This document shows positions 52,798 through 63,348 of a stretch of 64,000 nucleotides of DNA, piece after piece; positions within the stretch are counted from its first letter, which is position 1; every line of letters starts with the position of its first letter. The stretch spans positions 613,708 through 677,707 of the forward strand of contig CAVTMH010000003.1 of assembly GCA_963735785.1 (NCBI GenBank), written 5' to 3'. Source of the stretch: an uncultured Chloroflexia bacterium. GTDB lineage: Bacteria > Chloroflexota > Limnocylindria > Limnocylindrales > CSP1-4. Made by a program: the position numbers and the translations under genes. The notes beneath the pieces were generated by a model that worked only from the letters and a program-made list of their open reading frames with translations, was not told the DNA's origin and ran no database searches.

Positions 52798-53568
52798 CTA
52801 CCTCGCCGTCCAGCCGCCGTCGATGAGCAGCGTCGTGCCGGTGATGAGGCCCGCTGCGGGCGACGCCAGGAAGACGACGCAGCCGGCCACGTCCATCGGC
52901 TCCCCGATGCGGTGGAGGCCGGCGATCCGTTCTCGGACGTCCGCCTCGAACGCGGGATCGGCGAGGTCGGATGCCGTGCCATCGGTCCGGATGAACGTCG
53001 GGGCCACCGCGTTGACGGTGATGCCGTGCTGGCCCCACTCGACCGCGAGGCACTTGGTCAGGTGCGCCACGGCCGCTTTGCTCGCACAGTAGATGGCCTC
53101 GGTCGGCAGGGCGACGAAGCCCGCCTGCGAGCTGAGATTGACGATACGGCCGCTGCCGCGCCGGATCATCATCCGTCCGGCGGCCTGGCTCGCGAAGAAC
53201 AGGCCCTTGAGATTGACGTTGATCGTGAGGTCGAAATCGGCTTCGGTCACGTGCTCCGCGGCATTGGCGGGGCCGAGACCCGCATTGTTCACCAGGATGT
53301 CGAGCCGCCCGAAGTGCGCCACCACCGTATCGATCGCCAGGCCGATCTGGCTCAGATCGGTCACGTCCATCGGGACGGCGAGCGCGCGCCGGCCCATCGC
53401 CTCGATATCAGCTACCAGGTCGTCGGCGCTGCCCGCCGCCCGAAGCCCCAGCGCCACGTCCGCACCCGCGTCCGCGAGCGCGAGCGCGATCGCCCGGCCA
53501 AGCCCGCGCGCAGCCCCCGTCACGAGCGCCGTCTGGCCGGTAAGCGTGAAGCTCGGGTACTCGGTCAC
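52798..53568 (-). CDS. SDR family oxidoreductase
   Basis: TGAARGLGRAIA (TGxxxGxG), NNAG, and the catalytic Y-x-x-x-K (YCASKAA). Confidence 0.85.
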   Translation of the reverse strand: MTEYPSFTLTGQTALVTGAARGLGRAIALALADAGADVALGLRAAGSADDLVADIEAMGRRALAVPMDVTDLSQIGLAIDTVVAHFGRLDILVNNAGLGPANAAEHVTEADFDLTINVNLKGLFFASQAAGRMMIRRGSGRIVNLSSQAGFVALPTEAIYCASKAAVAHLTKCLAVEWGQHGITVNAVAPTFIRTDGTASDLADPAFEADVRERIAGLHRIGEPMDVAGCVVFLASPAAGLITGTTLLIDGGWTAR

Positions 53569-53714
53569 CCATCCTCCTCGGGGTCCCTACGCCTAGGCTT
53601 AACGCTTAGGCTTATCGATAGCGCTTAACGTTTGCGCTTGACGCTAAGCGTGCGCAGGATATACTCGGCCGAGCGACGACGTCAAGAGGTTTTCGGGAGG
53701 GATCGGACCACCGA

Positions 53715-54767
53715 GTGGAGACGCCCAGGACAGCCCAGGCGACGGTCACGCTGCGCGATGTCGCGCAGCGTTCCGGGGTCTCCATCACCACCGTCTCGCG
53801 CATCCTCAACGGCCGCGAGACCGGAGTGCCCATCCGGGACGAGACGCGCCAGCGCGTGCTCGCCGTGGCGGCCGAGCTGGGCTACAAGCCGAACCTCCTG
53901 GCCCGCGGTCTGCGCGGCAGCCGCAGCTCCCTGCTGGGGGTCATCGCCCGCGACATCTCGGACCCGTTCCACATCCAGATCCTGCGCGGGATCAACGAGG
54001 CATCCCGGGTGCGGGACTACCGGCTCTTCCTGGGTCATGTCGATTACCGTCCGGACGTGGCGCTCTCCTACAGCTCGATGTTCGAGAGTTCCCATGCGGA
54101 CGGGATCATCGTCATCGGCGACATCGATGGCGGTGACGAGACGCTCGATCAGCTCGCGAACCAGCATCGCTACGTCATCGGTGTCACGGACCGCACGACC
54201 CGGCGCCAGATCCCGGGCGTCTATGCCGATGGCGTGGCGGGCACCCACCTGGCGCTCGAACACCTATGGGAGCTCGGACACCGCTCGATCATCTGCGTCT
54301 CGGACGCGCGGACCTACGACGGTCGCCAGCGCATCGACCTGTACGAGCGCTTCATGCGCGAGCGGGAGGTGGCCGACCGCATCGGTGTCTTCATCACGGA
54401 CCAGGACCCGGGCCCCAGCCTCGAGCTGGGCCGGCGCATCTTCGCGGGCTGGGCCGACCACGATCACCCGACCGCGATCTACGCCACGTCCGACACGATC
54501 GCGATCGGACTCATGCAGGCGGCTTATGAGGCCGAGATCCGAGTGCCCGAGGATCTCTCGATGGTCGGCTTCGATGACATCGATGTCGCCGCGTTCACGA
54601 TCCCGCCGCTGACGACGATCAGCCAGGACGGCATCGAGATGGGCCGAACGGCGGCGGAGCTGCTGTTCGACATGGTCGACAACGGGCGCCATCGCTCCGA
54701 GGTCGCTGACGTCGTGCTGCAGCCGCGGCTGATCGTGCGCAGATCGGCGATCCGGATTCCCGGCTAG
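53715..54767 (+). CDS. LacI family transcriptional regulator
   Basis: N-terminal [25 protein letters not shown]. Periplasmic-binding-protein-like effector domain. GTG start. Confidence 0.8.
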   Translation: METPRTAQATVTLRDVAQRSGVSITTVSRILNGRETGVPIRDETRQRVLAVAAELGYKPNLLARGLRGSRSSLLGVIARDISDPFHIQILRGINEASRVRDYRLFLGHVDYRPDVALSYSSMFESSHADGIIVIGDIDGGDETLDQLANQHRYVIGVTDRTTRRQIPGVYADGVAGTHLALEHLWELGHRSIICVSDARTYDGRQRIDLYERFMREREVADRIGVFITDQDPGPSLELGRRIFAGWADHDHPTAIYATSDTIAIGLMQAAYEAEIRVPEDLSMVGFDDIDVAAFTIPPLTTISQDGIEMGRTAAELLFDMVDNGRHRSEVADVVLQPRLIVRRSAIRIPG

Positions 54768-56455
54768 CGCGCCTCGCGGCCGACCGACGGCGGCTCGGAC
54801 ACGCCATGCCGGTAGAACGGGATGGGTTCGGCCGCCAGCGGTGTGTTCCCGGCGATGAGGTCCGCGGCCTTCTCGGCCAGCATCATCACGGGGGCGTAGA
54901 TGTTGCCGTTGGTGACGTACGGCATCGCGGAGGCGTCGACCACCCGCAAGCCGTCCACGCCGTGGACGCGCATCGTGAGCGGGTCCGTGACGGACCGCTC
55001 GTCGATCCCCATCCGGGCCGTGCACGACGGGTGGAGCGCCGTCTCCGCGTCACGCCGGACCCACTCGAGGATCTCGTCGTCCGTCTCGACGGCGGCGCCA
55101 GGCGAGGTCTCGCCTCCGTTGTACGGCGACATCGCCGGCTGGTTCAGCAGACGCCGCGCGACGCGCACGGCTTCCACCCATTCGCGTCGGTCCTGGTCGG
55201 TCGAGAGGTAGTTGAAGCGGAGGGCCGGATGGACCCGCGGATCGGTGCCCATGAGCGTCACCGAGCCACGTGTGTCCGAGTACATCGGCCCGACATGGAC
55301 CTGATAGCCGTGGCCCGGTGCGCCCGCGGATCCGTCATAGCGGATCGCCAGCGGGAGGAAGTGGAACATCAGGTTGGGGTAGGCGACGTCGTCGTTGGAG
55401 CGGACGAAGCCCCCGCCTTCGAAATGGTTCGTGGCCCCCGGCCCGCTGCGCAGGAACAGCCACTGCGCCCCGATGAAGGGCCGTCGCCAGCGCTGCGTGG
55501 CGGACGGTTGCATGGAGACCGGTTGCAGGGACTTGAACTGGATGTAGACCTCGAGGTGGTCCTGCAGGTGCTGGCCGACGCCCGGCCGATCCGCCACGAC
55601 CGGGATGCCGAGCGTTCCAAGGTCCGCCGCGGCGCCGACGCCGGACAGCAGCAGCAGCTGCGGGGTGTTGATCGCACCGCCGGCGAGGATCACCTCCCCG
55701 GCCTCGATGCGCTCCGTGCCACGGCCCTTCGCGATCTCGACCCCGACCGCCCGGGTCCCGTCGAACAGGACCCTCGTCACGAAGGTGCGCGTGCGCACCT
55801 CGAGATTCGGTCGCTTGCCCATGATCGGATGCAGGTAGGCGCGGGCGGCCGACAGCCGCCGGCCACGGTGGATGTTCCGATCGAAGGCCGCGAAACCCTC
55901 CTGGCGGTAGCCGTTCACGTCCTCGGTCAGCGGGTAGCCCGCCTCCTGGACGCTCTGGAAGAAGGCCGTGAAGAGTGGATTGGTGGCCGGGCCGCGCTCG
56001 AGGACGAGCGGCCCGTCGTGCCCGCGCCACGGGTCGTCGGGAGCTGCCGCCAGCGCCGTCTCCATGCGCTTGAAGTAGGGCAGGCAATGGGCATAATCCC
56101 ACGTCGCCATGCCGGGGTCGGCGGCCCATCGCTCGTAGTCGAGCGGATTGCCACGCTGGAAGATCTGCCCGTTGATGCTGCTGCTCCCGCCCAGGACCTT
56201 GCCGCGGGCGTGGTAGATGCGCCGTCCGTGCATGGATGGCTCGGGCTCGGACTCGTACTTCCAGTCGTAGAACCGGCTCCCGATCGGGAACGTGAGGGCG
56301 GCCGGCATGTGGATGAACGGGTCGATGCGCCAGTCGGCGCGGCCTGCCTCGAGCACGAGCACCCGGGTCGACGGTTCGGCCGACAGGCGATTGCCCAGGG
56401 CGCTGCCCGCCGAGCCGCCACCCACGATGAGGTAGTCGTAGCGCCTGTCCGACAT
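54764..56455 (-). CDS. GMC family oxidoreductase (choline dehydrogenase-like)
   Basis: [23 protein letters not shown] motif, [14 protein letters not shown], and C-terminal GMC_oxred_C with active-site His. Confidence 0.85.
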   Translation of the reverse strand: MSDRRYDYLIVGGGSAGSALGNRLSAEPSTRVLVLEAGRADWRIDPFIHMPAALTFPIGSRFYDWKYESEPEPSMHGRRIYHARGKVLGGSSSINGQIFQRGNPLDYERWAADPGMATWDYAHCLPYFKRMETALAAAPDDPWRGHDGPLVLERGPATNPLFTAFFQSVQEAGYPLTEDVNGYRQEGFAAFDRNIHRGRRLSAARAYLHPIMGKRPNLEVRTRTFVTRVLFDGTRAVGVEIAKGRGTERIEAGEVILAGGAINTPQLLLLSGVGAAADLGTLGIPVVADRPGVGQHLQDHLEVYIQFKSLQPVSMQPSATQRWRRPFIGAQWLFLRSGPGATNHFEGGGFVRSNDDVAYPNLMFHFLPLAIRYDGSAGAPGHGYQVHVGPMYSDTRGSVTLMGTDPRVHPALRFNYLSTDQDRREWVEAVRVARRLLNQPAMSPYNGGETSPGAAVETDDEILEWVRRDAETALHPSCTARMGIDERSVTDPLTMRVHGVDGLRVVDASAMPYVTNGNIYAPVMMLAEKAADLIAGNTPLAAEPIPFYRHGVSEPPSVGREAR

Positions 56456-56535
56456 AGTGGCCGCGATGCTAGCAGCGAGGCGAGGCCCGCCTCGCCGCCG
56501 CCCGTCTGGTGCTCCCGCGGCGGCGGAGATCCCTC

Positions 56536-56778
56536 CTAGCGGTCAGGCGCGTCCGGTGACTCGGGAGCCTGCGTCATCTCGGTGACGAGCTCCCGCTCGG
56601 CGATCGTCTTTCGAAGGATGCTCCGCGCCAATCCCTCCGCGCGGGACGCCAACCCCGGGGTGCGTGCATGCGATGGACCGAGCGTGACCTTCTCCGCTTC
56701 GATCGACTGCAGGGTCTCGGCGTCCGCGGCGATGTCCTCGGCGGTCGCCTGGATGTCGCTCTCCAGATCGTCCGGCAT
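56536..56778 (-). CDS. Small hypothetical protein, paralog A (80 aa, alpha-helical)
   Basis: ATG after GGAGAGGGG. Homologous to the N-terminal half of the 57143..57571 product (see findings). Confidence 0.5.
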   Translation of the reverse strand: MPDDLESDIQATAEDIAADAETLQSIEAEKVTLGPSHARTPGLASRAEGLARSILRKTIAERELVTEMTQAPESPDAPDR

Positions 56779-56806
56779 GATGCCCCTCTCCAAAGCGACT
56801 TAACGG

Positions 56807-57019
56807 TCAGTCGGGTGTCCAGCGTCCGTCGCGGTAGACATACCATACCTCGGTCGATTCCGAGCTGAGCTCACGGCGACGGGCGATCGCCTCCGGATAT
56901 TGGGCGCGCAGGCCGAGCTGGAGTTCGGACGGGTCGGTCGGGGCGTCCGCCATCAGCCGCGTGACAAGCTCGACGAACCGCGCATCGCTGCGCGGATTCA
57001 TGATCACGAGGGGACGCAC
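56807..57019 (-). CDS. Small hypothetical protein (70 aa)
   Basis: ORF between the two paralogs, same strand: MRPLVIMNPRSDARFVELVTRLMADAPTDPSELQLGLRAQYPEAIARRREL…WYVYRDGRWTPD. Confidence 0.35.
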   Translation of the reverse strand: MRPLVIMNPRSDARFVELVTRLMADAPTDPSELQLGLRAQYPEAIARRRELSSESTEVWYVYRDGRWTPD

Positions 57020-57142
57020 GAGTCACCTGTCCAGCGAGGAACCCCGAGCACCATCGGCCTGAAGGTAGACGGGAGCGCGTTGCAGACGCATCAACGACGA
57101 GGGCATGGCCCCGGGATGCGCGTCACTCGGTTCGAGGACCGG

Positions 57143-57571
57143 TCAGTCGGGCCCCTTGCGCTCCTCGAGCGCCCGCCGGTATTCCTCGCGGTACTGCTCG
57201 CTGAGGGCCCCCGCTTCGGCCGCCTCCGCGGAGCCGGGGGCGGCCGCGGCAACGCGACGCTCGACGGCTCGCCACTCCGCGAGGATCGCGGCGATCGCGC
57301 GGGGGGTGCGGTCGATCGAATCCGGGGCAGGACCAGGGACGCCTCCTTCGACCTGCTCGTGGCCGACCTCGGTCAGGCGCCGTTGACGGACAGTCGACGT
57401 CAGCACCCGCCTGGCGATGTCCTCGACACGCTGGGCGAGCTCCACCAGTCGCGGGTCACCCGGCTCGAGCGTGCGCTTCTCCTCTTCGATCGCGGCCAGC
57501 ACCTCGAGATCGCGCATGAGCGCGTCCGAGGTGGCGCGGAGGTCTGCAGCTGTGTCTTCCACGATGTTCAC
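57143..57571 (-). CDS. Hypothetical protein, paralog B (143 aa)
   Basis: GTG start chosen 29 nt downstream of tRNA-Pro. The N-terminal ~65 aa align with paralog A (D..D..AT…L..IE.EK.TL.P…R..LA.R.E..AR..L..T…R.L.E). Confidence 0.5.
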   Translation of the reverse strand: MNIVEDTAADLRATSDALMRDLEVLAAIEEEKRTLEPGDPRLVELAQRVEDIARRVLTSTVRQRRLTEVGHEQVEGGVPGPAPDSIDRTPRAIAAILAEWRAVERRVAAAAPGSAEAAEAGALSEQYREEYRRALEERKGPD

Positions 57572-57602
57572 CGGGCACCACCAACGATCCAGAAGACGGG
57601 AG

Positions 57603-57679
<77 letters not shown>

Positions 57680-57778
57680 GACCGAGGGTGCTCGTTCGAC
57701 AGAGCCTGCGGATGATACACCAAGGCCCGGCGAAGCGGCCATACCACCTCGCCGGGCCCGGTCCCCAGGGTGGTTCGT

Positions 57779-58786
57779 CTACGGCGTCAGCCAGACAGGA
57801 TAGTCGCGGATGTCCTGCGGCGACCCGTCCTGGGCCGAACCGTAGAACACGCGCAACGTGCCCCACTGTGCCCGCGCGACGGTGTAGCGCAGCGTCACGT
57901 CGAACGTGCCACGGCAACCGGTACCGCACGTTGCCATCGTGTGCTCGTCCACGAGCGTCCGGCCCGACCCATCCAGGATCGCCACGCGGAAGCTCGCCTC
58001 GAACACGTTCGCGTTGCCGGTGATCCGCGCCGGGTTGCCGGCGGCGGCCCCGTACGCTGGCCGGTCGACGAAGATCGACGGCAGGAGATCATCGAAATCG
58101 GCGCGCGCCTGCGGGCCCTCGAGCACGATCCCCTCGCTGCCGAAGGTGGTCACGGTCCGTCCCTCGACCTGGAAGAGCACGGCGCGCACGGTCGGGAACT
58201 GGGTCAGGGTGTAGACGACCTGGCCGAGCCGGCCAAATGCCGAGGCGCTGCCACCGCCCGACTCGAATTCGCGCGACAGGTCGACGGTCGCGATCCCGTT
58301 GCGGATCGTCAGGCCGAGCAGCCGGGTGCCCGAGGGGATGGCCGTGGACAGGCGGTCGTCGTCGAGGATGTCGGCCCGCAGCAGGGCGTCCATCGCTGCC
58401 CGCGCGACGCCGATGGTCTCGGGCACGTCCCGCAACGTGGGTACGAGCCCCGCGACGCCGACGTCGCCGTCGAGCACGAAGTACGCGCGGATGACCATCG
58501 TCTGGGTGGGGGTCCGGGTCGGGGCGGTCGTCGGACGTGGCGTCGCCAACGGGCCGCCGCTCGGTGTCTGGCTGGGGATGGGTGTCGGTGACGCGACCGC
58601 CGTCGGCTCTGGCGTCATGTCGGGCGGTCCCGGATCCGCGGAAGGGGCCGGAGTTCGGATGACGGGCGGCACAGTGCCGAGACCGCCGGTCGGCCCACAG
58701 GCGGCCACGGCGATCGCGACGACCGACAGGGCCACCGCAGTCAGGACGTGGTGAGCGGGTCGGATGCGGTGAGCGGGTCGGATCAT
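57779..58786 (-). CDS. LpqB-like lipoprotein (GerMN + Gmad2 Ig-like domains), short form
   Basis: Lipobox AIAVAAC. Pro/Thr-rich linker. GerMN-type region (VIRAYFV…[16 protein letters not shown]) and C-terminal Gmad2-like region. ATG overlaps the histidine-kinase stop (ATGA), as in mtrA-mtrB-lpqB operons. Confidence 0.65.
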   Translation of the reverse strand: MIRPAHRIRPAHHVLTAVALSVVAIAVAACGPTGGLGTVPPVIRTPAPSADPGPPDMTPEPTAVASPTPIPSQTPSGGPLATPRPTTAPTRTPTQTMVIRAYFVLDGDVGVAGLVPTLRDVPETIGVARAAMDALLRADILDDDRLSTAIPSGTRLLGLTIRNGIATVDLSREFESGGGSASAFGRLGQVVYTLTQFPTVRAVLFQVEGRTVTTFGSEGIVLEGPQARADFDDLLPSIFVDRPAYGAAAGNPARITGNANVFEASFRVAILDGSGRTLVDEHTMATCGTGCRGTFDVTLRYTVARAQWGTLRVFYGSAQDGSPQDIRDYPVWLTP

Positions 58787-60282
58787 GGTTCGGGCTCCAG
58801 CGTGGTGGTCGTTGGAGCCTCACTCTCGAAGCTCCGGGTGACGACCGCATCGCCGTCACGTAACGAATCGGTCACAGCCCCGGGCAGAACGAGCTCCAGG
58901 CGGAGGCCACCGCCGTCTCGGTTCATGGCCTGCAGATACCCGCCGAGCAGCGCGGCGTGCTCGGCTGCGATGGCGAGCCCGAGACCGCTGCTGCCGCCGC
59001 TGCGCGACGGGTCGAGCTTCGTGAACCGCTCGAAGATGCGCTCCAGACGGTCCTCTGGCACACCGGGCCCGCGATCGGAGACCGCCAGGACCAGGTCCTC
59101 GGCGCCGACCTCGAGGTCCACCGTCACGTCGGCGGCGCCGGCGTGCTCGCGCGCGTTGTCGAGGAAGTTGCCAAGGATCCGCTCCAGGCGCCGCGGATCC
59201 GTGTCCACGACGACCGATGGCGCGGGCGGGTCGAACCTTGCCGTCGACTGACGCGCGGCGATCACGGCCCCGACGAGCCGGACGAGGTCGACCGGTTCGA
59301 GCGCCACCTCCTCGGCCGACGCGTCGAAGCGCGACAGCTCCATCAGCTCCTCGACGAGCGCCCGCATGCGTCCCACGTCGGCCACGAGCAGCTCCGCGGC
59401 ACGCCGGCTGTCCGGGGGCATTCCATCGAGGTGGGCCCCGACGATGGACGCCTCCGCGACGAGCGCCGCCAGCGGCGTCCGCAGCTCGTGCGACACGTCC
59501 GCGACGAACCGCCGGTTCTGGTGCTGGGCGGCTTCGAGACGTCGGATCGTGTCCGCGAGGACCCCGGTCATCCGGTTGAATCGCTCGGCCCACGTCCCGA
59601 ATTCGTCGCGGGACGTGACCGGGACCCGTGCGGAGAGGTCGCCGCGCTCGATCCGCTCGGCGACCTGCCCCGCCTCCTCGACAGGGGCCAGGATGCTGCG
59701 CGCCACGCGCCGGGCGATCACGAGCGCCAGCACGAGCAGGACGAGCGCCCCGACCGCCAGGGCCAGGCGCAGCTGGTCGATCGCCTGGTTGATGCCGCTG
59801 ACGTCACGGACGAAGTAGAACACCGGCCCACCGCCGGCCGGGCGACCGCCCACCACGAGCGAGGGCTGCCCCGCGACGTCCAACCAGCCGTAGGCGATCT
59901 CGCCCCGGTCGATACGGGACCGCATGTCCGCCGGCAGCAGCGTCAGCAGCCCGGCCAGGCGTTCATGGGACTGGAACCGCGCGTCGTCGCCCAGGTCGAC
60001 GAACGTCTCGACGGCGCCGCGCCTGACCTCGCCTCTCCGGAACGTATCGGCGAGTCCGCTCTGCCTGATGTCCTCCGGTGTCGGCCGATCCGGCAGCTGC
60101 CGCTCCGGGACGACCACCGACAGGTCGAACTGCGCCTGCTCTGCGGCGGCCTGGAGCGCCTGGTCGTGGAGCCGCAGATCGACGAACACGGACGCTCCGA
60201 CACCGAGGACGAGCGCAGTGAGGGCAACGAGCGCGACCAGCGCCCTCGTCAGTCGCGCCCGCACACCGCCTAGCGCCGACAT
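58783..60282 (-). CDS. HAMP-domain sensor histidine kinase (MtrB-like)
   Basis: Two TM helices flank a periplasmic loop. HAMP domain. H-box VADVSHELRTPLA. HATPase_c N/G boxes (LGNFLDNAREHAG, DRGPGVPE, GGSSGLGLAIA). Confidence 0.85.
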   Translation of the reverse strand: MSALGGVRARLTRALVALVALTALVLGVGASVFVDLRLHDQALQAAAEQAQFDLSVVVPERQLPDRPTPEDIRQSGLADTFRRGEVRRGAVETFVDLGDDARFQSHERLAGLLTLLPADMRSRIDRGEIAYGWLDVAGQPSLVVGGRPAGGGPVFYFVRDVSGINQAIDQLRLALAVGALVLLVLALVIARRVARSILAPVEEAGQVAERIERGDLSARVPVTSRDEFGTWAERFNRMTGVLADTIRRLEAAQHQNRRFVADVSHELRTPLAALVAEASIVGAHLDGMPPDSRRAAELLVADVGRMRALVEELMELSRFDASAEEVALEPVDLVRLVGAVIAARQSTARFDPPAPSVVVDTDPRRLERILGNFLDNAREHAGAADVTVDLEVGAEDLVLAVSDRGPGVPEDRLERIFERFTKLDPSRSGGSSGLGLAIAAEHAALLGGYLQAMNRDGGGLRLELVLPGAVTDSLRDGDAVVTRSFESEAPTTTTLEPEP

Positions 60283-60292
60283 GGGTCCCGCC

Positions 60293-60976
60293 CTACCGCG
60301 TGGCCTTGTAGCCCGCGCCGCGGACGGTCTGGATCAGTTCGGGCGCCGCAGGATCGGTCTCGATCTTGGCGCGAAGACGGCCGACGGCGACGTCGACGAG
60401 CCGCGAATCGCCCAGGTAGTCGTAGCCCCAGATCCGGTCGAGCAACGTGTCGCGGGCGAGGACCTGGCCCGCGTGCCGGGCGAGGTCCACGAGCAGGTCG
60501 AACTCGGTCCGGGTCAGCGGGATGTCGCGTCCGTCGCGGGCCACGGTCCGCCCCGCGATGTCGATCACGAGCGGCCCGAGGCGCAACAGCGCCCCCTCGT
60601 CCTCGGGCCGTCGACCGACACGCCGCAGTGCCGCACGCACGCGGGCGACGAGCTCGGGCACGTCGAACGGCTTGCGGACGTAGTCGTCGGCGCCCGCTTC
60701 CAGCCCGACCACCACATCGAGCGTGTCGGCGCGCGCGGTCAGCATGACGACCGGGATCGTCGAGACCTTGCGGATCGCCCGGCAGACCTCGAGGCCGTCC
60801 ATGCGCGGCAGCATGACGTCGAGCAGGACGAGGTCGAACGGCTCGCGCTCGAAGCGCTCGAGTCCGTCGCGCCCGTCGCTCGCCGTGTCGACCGTGAACC
60901 CGGCGTTGCGCAGCCCGATCGCGGTCACCTCGCGGATCGACGGGTCGTCCTCGACGAGCAGGATCCTCGCGTCCAA
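60293..60976 (-). CDS. OmpR-family response regulator (MtrA-like)
   Basis: Receiver domain DLVLLDVMLP (phospho-Asp). Winged-helix Trans_reg_C (LTRTEFDLL…RLVDVAVGRLRAKIE). Confidence 0.85.
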   Translation of the reverse strand: MDARILLVEDDPSIREVTAIGLRNAGFTVDTASDGRDGLERFEREPFDLVLLDVMLPRMDGLEVCRAIRKVSTIPVVMLTARADTLDVVVGLEAGADDYVRKPFDVPELVARVRAALRRVGRRPEDEGALLRLGPLVIDIAGRTVARDGRDIPLTRTEFDLLVDLARHAGQVLARDTLLDRIWGYDYLGDSRLVDVAVGRLRAKIETDPAAPELIQTVRGAGYKATR

Positions 60977-61000
60977 GCCACTCCTTGCGCGGCCGTGCGG

Positions 61001-62218
61001 TCAGGGCCGGTTCGGCGGCAGTATGCCAGCCGACGCCCGCCCCCCCGCGTCGTCGGTCCGGATCGGCAGCGTGGCCACCGCCGCGCCCAGGAAGGCGACG
61101 GCCATGAGGCCGAACACGAGCGGGACGCCGGTCGGCTCGCCGAGCGCTTCGATGACGACGCCGTAGACCGCGGTCCACAACGAGCCCACGCCGAACGCGA
61201 GGGTGAAGTACAGGGCGTACGAGGCATCGCGGGTCGCGGGCGGCGCGATGTCGGCGAGGAGGGCCTGGAGCTGGGGCGATTCGGCGAACGAGAAGAGGCC
61301 CATCAGCACGATCCCGGCCCACAGCAACACCAGCGAGGACCCGGCCAGGATGAACACCCCGAAGCCGATCGCGCCGCCCAGGTAGGCCGCGATGATCAGT
61401 GGCTTACGGCCGAGACGGTCGGACAGCCAGCCCGCCAGCAGCGGCGTCGGCACGCTGAACACGATGAGCGCCCCATACATCAGGCCCGCGGTCGCGGCGT
61501 CGAACCCGAGCACGCGGGTCAGGTAGATCAGGGCGAACAGGTTCACGACCCCGAGCCCGCGTCCGCCCCCGCCCAGCACGGACGTCAGGAACAGCCAGCG
61601 CAGGTCGCGGTCGGCCAGGACCCGGCGGAGCGCGTCGCGGCTGCTGCCACCGGCCACGGCGGCAGCCCGGTCCGTGCCGCGTTCGCGGACGAAGGCCAGC
61701 ATGCCGAGGGCGATGAGGATCGCGGCCACGCCGAACACGACCGACACGCCACGCCAGCCGAGCGCGACGAGCATCGGCGTCCCCACCACCGCGACGACCA
61801 CGGTGCCCACGTTCCCGCCGGCGATATGGGCGCTGATCGCGAACCCCCGTCGCTCTTGCGGAAACTGCTCGGCGAGCAGGCCGTTGCCGACCGGATGCTG
61901 AGGCGAACCGCCGATGCGCGACAGGATGTTCGGGATCGCGAAGGTCACGAAGTTCGTGGCCAGGGCCGTCGCCGCGAAGCCGCTACCGAACAGGATCCCG
62001 CCAAGGCCCAGCAACCGCCGGCGAGAGACCCGCCGGGTGAGCTCGGCGTAGCTGAGCTGGACCATCCCGGACGCGAATGCGCCGACGGCGGCGAGGATCG
62101 CGACCGCGGACACGGTGACCCCGAACTCGTCGATGACCGCGAGGAAGATCGGCGGCAACAACACGGCGTAGGCGTGGTTGACCGCGTGCGCCACCGACAG
62201 GAGGCCGAGCGAGCGCAT
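61001..62218 (-). CDS. MFS transporter
   Basis: 12 TM helices. Start set at MRSLGLLSVAHAVNHAY; alternative ATG at 62245. Confidence 0.75.
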   Translation of the reverse strand: MRSLGLLSVAHAVNHAYAVLLPPIFLAVIDEFGVTVSAVAILAAVGAFASGMVQLSYAELTRRVSRRRLLGLGGILFGSGFAATALATNFVTFAIPNILSRIGGSPQHPVGNGLLAEQFPQERRGFAISAHIAGGNVGTVVVAVVGTPMLVALGWRGVSVVFGVAAILIALGMLAFVRERGTDRAAAVAGGSSRDALRRVLADRDLRWLFLTSVLGGGGRGLGVVNLFALIYLTRVLGFDAATAGLMYGALIVFSVPTPLLAGWLSDRLGRKPLIIAAYLGGAIGFGVFILAGSSLVLLWAGIVLMGLFSFAESPQLQALLADIAPPATRDASYALYFTLAFGVGSLWTAVYGVVIEALGEPTGVPLVFGLMAVAFLGAAVATLPIRTDDAGGRASAGILPPNRP

Positions 62219-62272
62219 CGGGCGGATGGTCGGCGGGGCCTGCACCGGGCCATCTTGCCCGAATGCGAACGC

Positions 62273-63337
62273 TCAGCGGAGGTCGATCACCTCCACGACC
62301 TGGCTGACCGTCAGGCCGGGGCGCGGTCCCCCGAGCAACACGTAGGCCCGCCCGTTCATGAACGCGGCGCCCAGGCCGTGTCGCGGGTACGTCAACCCGG
62401 GGAGCGTCGTCGTCTCGGAGGCGCCGACGCACTCGACCGCTCCGAACGTCCCGTCGGGGCCTTCTCCGCCCACCACGCAGTCCCCCAACGTGCCGGCCGA
62501 AAAAGCGGCGATCCCGCCGCGTGGGGTCGGCAGGTCCTCGGCATGCCCGACCACGCCCTCGGCTGACACGAAGTCGATCGTCCCGAGATTGCCGCCGAGC
62601 CCGCCAGATCGTCCGCCCAGGAACGTCACGGAGCCGGAACCCCCGGAGGTGGCGGCAAGGTGTTCGCGTGGCCGGCTGAGCGATGCCAGCAAGCGCCACC
62701 CACGGTCGTCGCGGACGAATACGTCGGCCGAGACACCGTCCGGGCCTACCCCACCGCCGTACATGATCTGGCCCCGGCCGCTCCATGCCGCCGCACCGGC
62801 ACCACGCGGCTCGGGCAGCGGCTGATCCGGGACCCAGACGCCCTTATCCGCGTCGTCGAGCCGCCAGACGGCGGCGGTCGGACGGTCGAAGCCATCGCCC
62901 GTGTACCCGCCGATCAGGAACAGCGCGTCGCCGTCCGACACGAGGGCCGCATGATGGACCGGCTCAGGCAAGGGCGGCCACGGCGCCCAGCCCTCTCCGA
63001 CCGGGTCATAGACAAGCAGGTCATCCACGGCGCGGCCCTCAGCATCGAGGCCTCCCGCGACCCAGATCCGGCGCTGATGCGCCGCGGCGGCCACCTCGGT
63101 CAGGGCGACCGGCGCGGGAGCACCGAGAACCCAACCCGCCTCGCCCGGCGCGGCGGCCCGGCCGGGCTGCCCCGGGAAGATCCCGATCCGTCGCGGATCG
63201 GTGACGATCACCACCGCCAGCACGCCGAGGGCTGCGACGACCGCGAGGAGCAGGATCACCCGCCGCCGCGATGACCGACGGTCCTGATGCGTCTCAGTAT
63301 CCACCGGCCAATCTTGCCGGACCCGTTGGACCCGCAC
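62273..63337 (-). CDS. Kelch-repeat beta-propeller protein with N-terminal membrane anchor
   Basis: N-terminal TM (RVILLLAVVAALGVLAVVIV). Repeated …W..LP..R….A….G.LY..GG… Kelch-type blades. Confidence 0.6.
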   Translation of the reverse strand: MRVQRVRQDWPVDTETHQDRRSSRRRVILLLAVVAALGVLAVVIVTDPRRIGIFPGQPGRAAAPGEAGWVLGAPAPVALTEVAAAAHQRRIWVAGGLDAEGRAVDDLLVYDPVGEGWAPWPPLPEPVHHAALVSDGDALFLIGGYTGDGFDRPTAAVWRLDDADKGVWVPDQPLPEPRGAGAAAWSGRGQIMYGGGVGPDGVSADVFVRDDRGWRLLASLSRPREHLAATSGGSGSVTFLGGRSGGLGGNLGTIDFVSAEGVVGHAEDLPTPRGGIAAFSAGTLGDCVVGGEGPDGTFGAVECVGASETTTLPGLTYPRHGLGAAFMNGRAYVLLGGPRPGLTVSQVVEVIDLR

Positions 63338-63348
63338 GGCGCGCCTAC

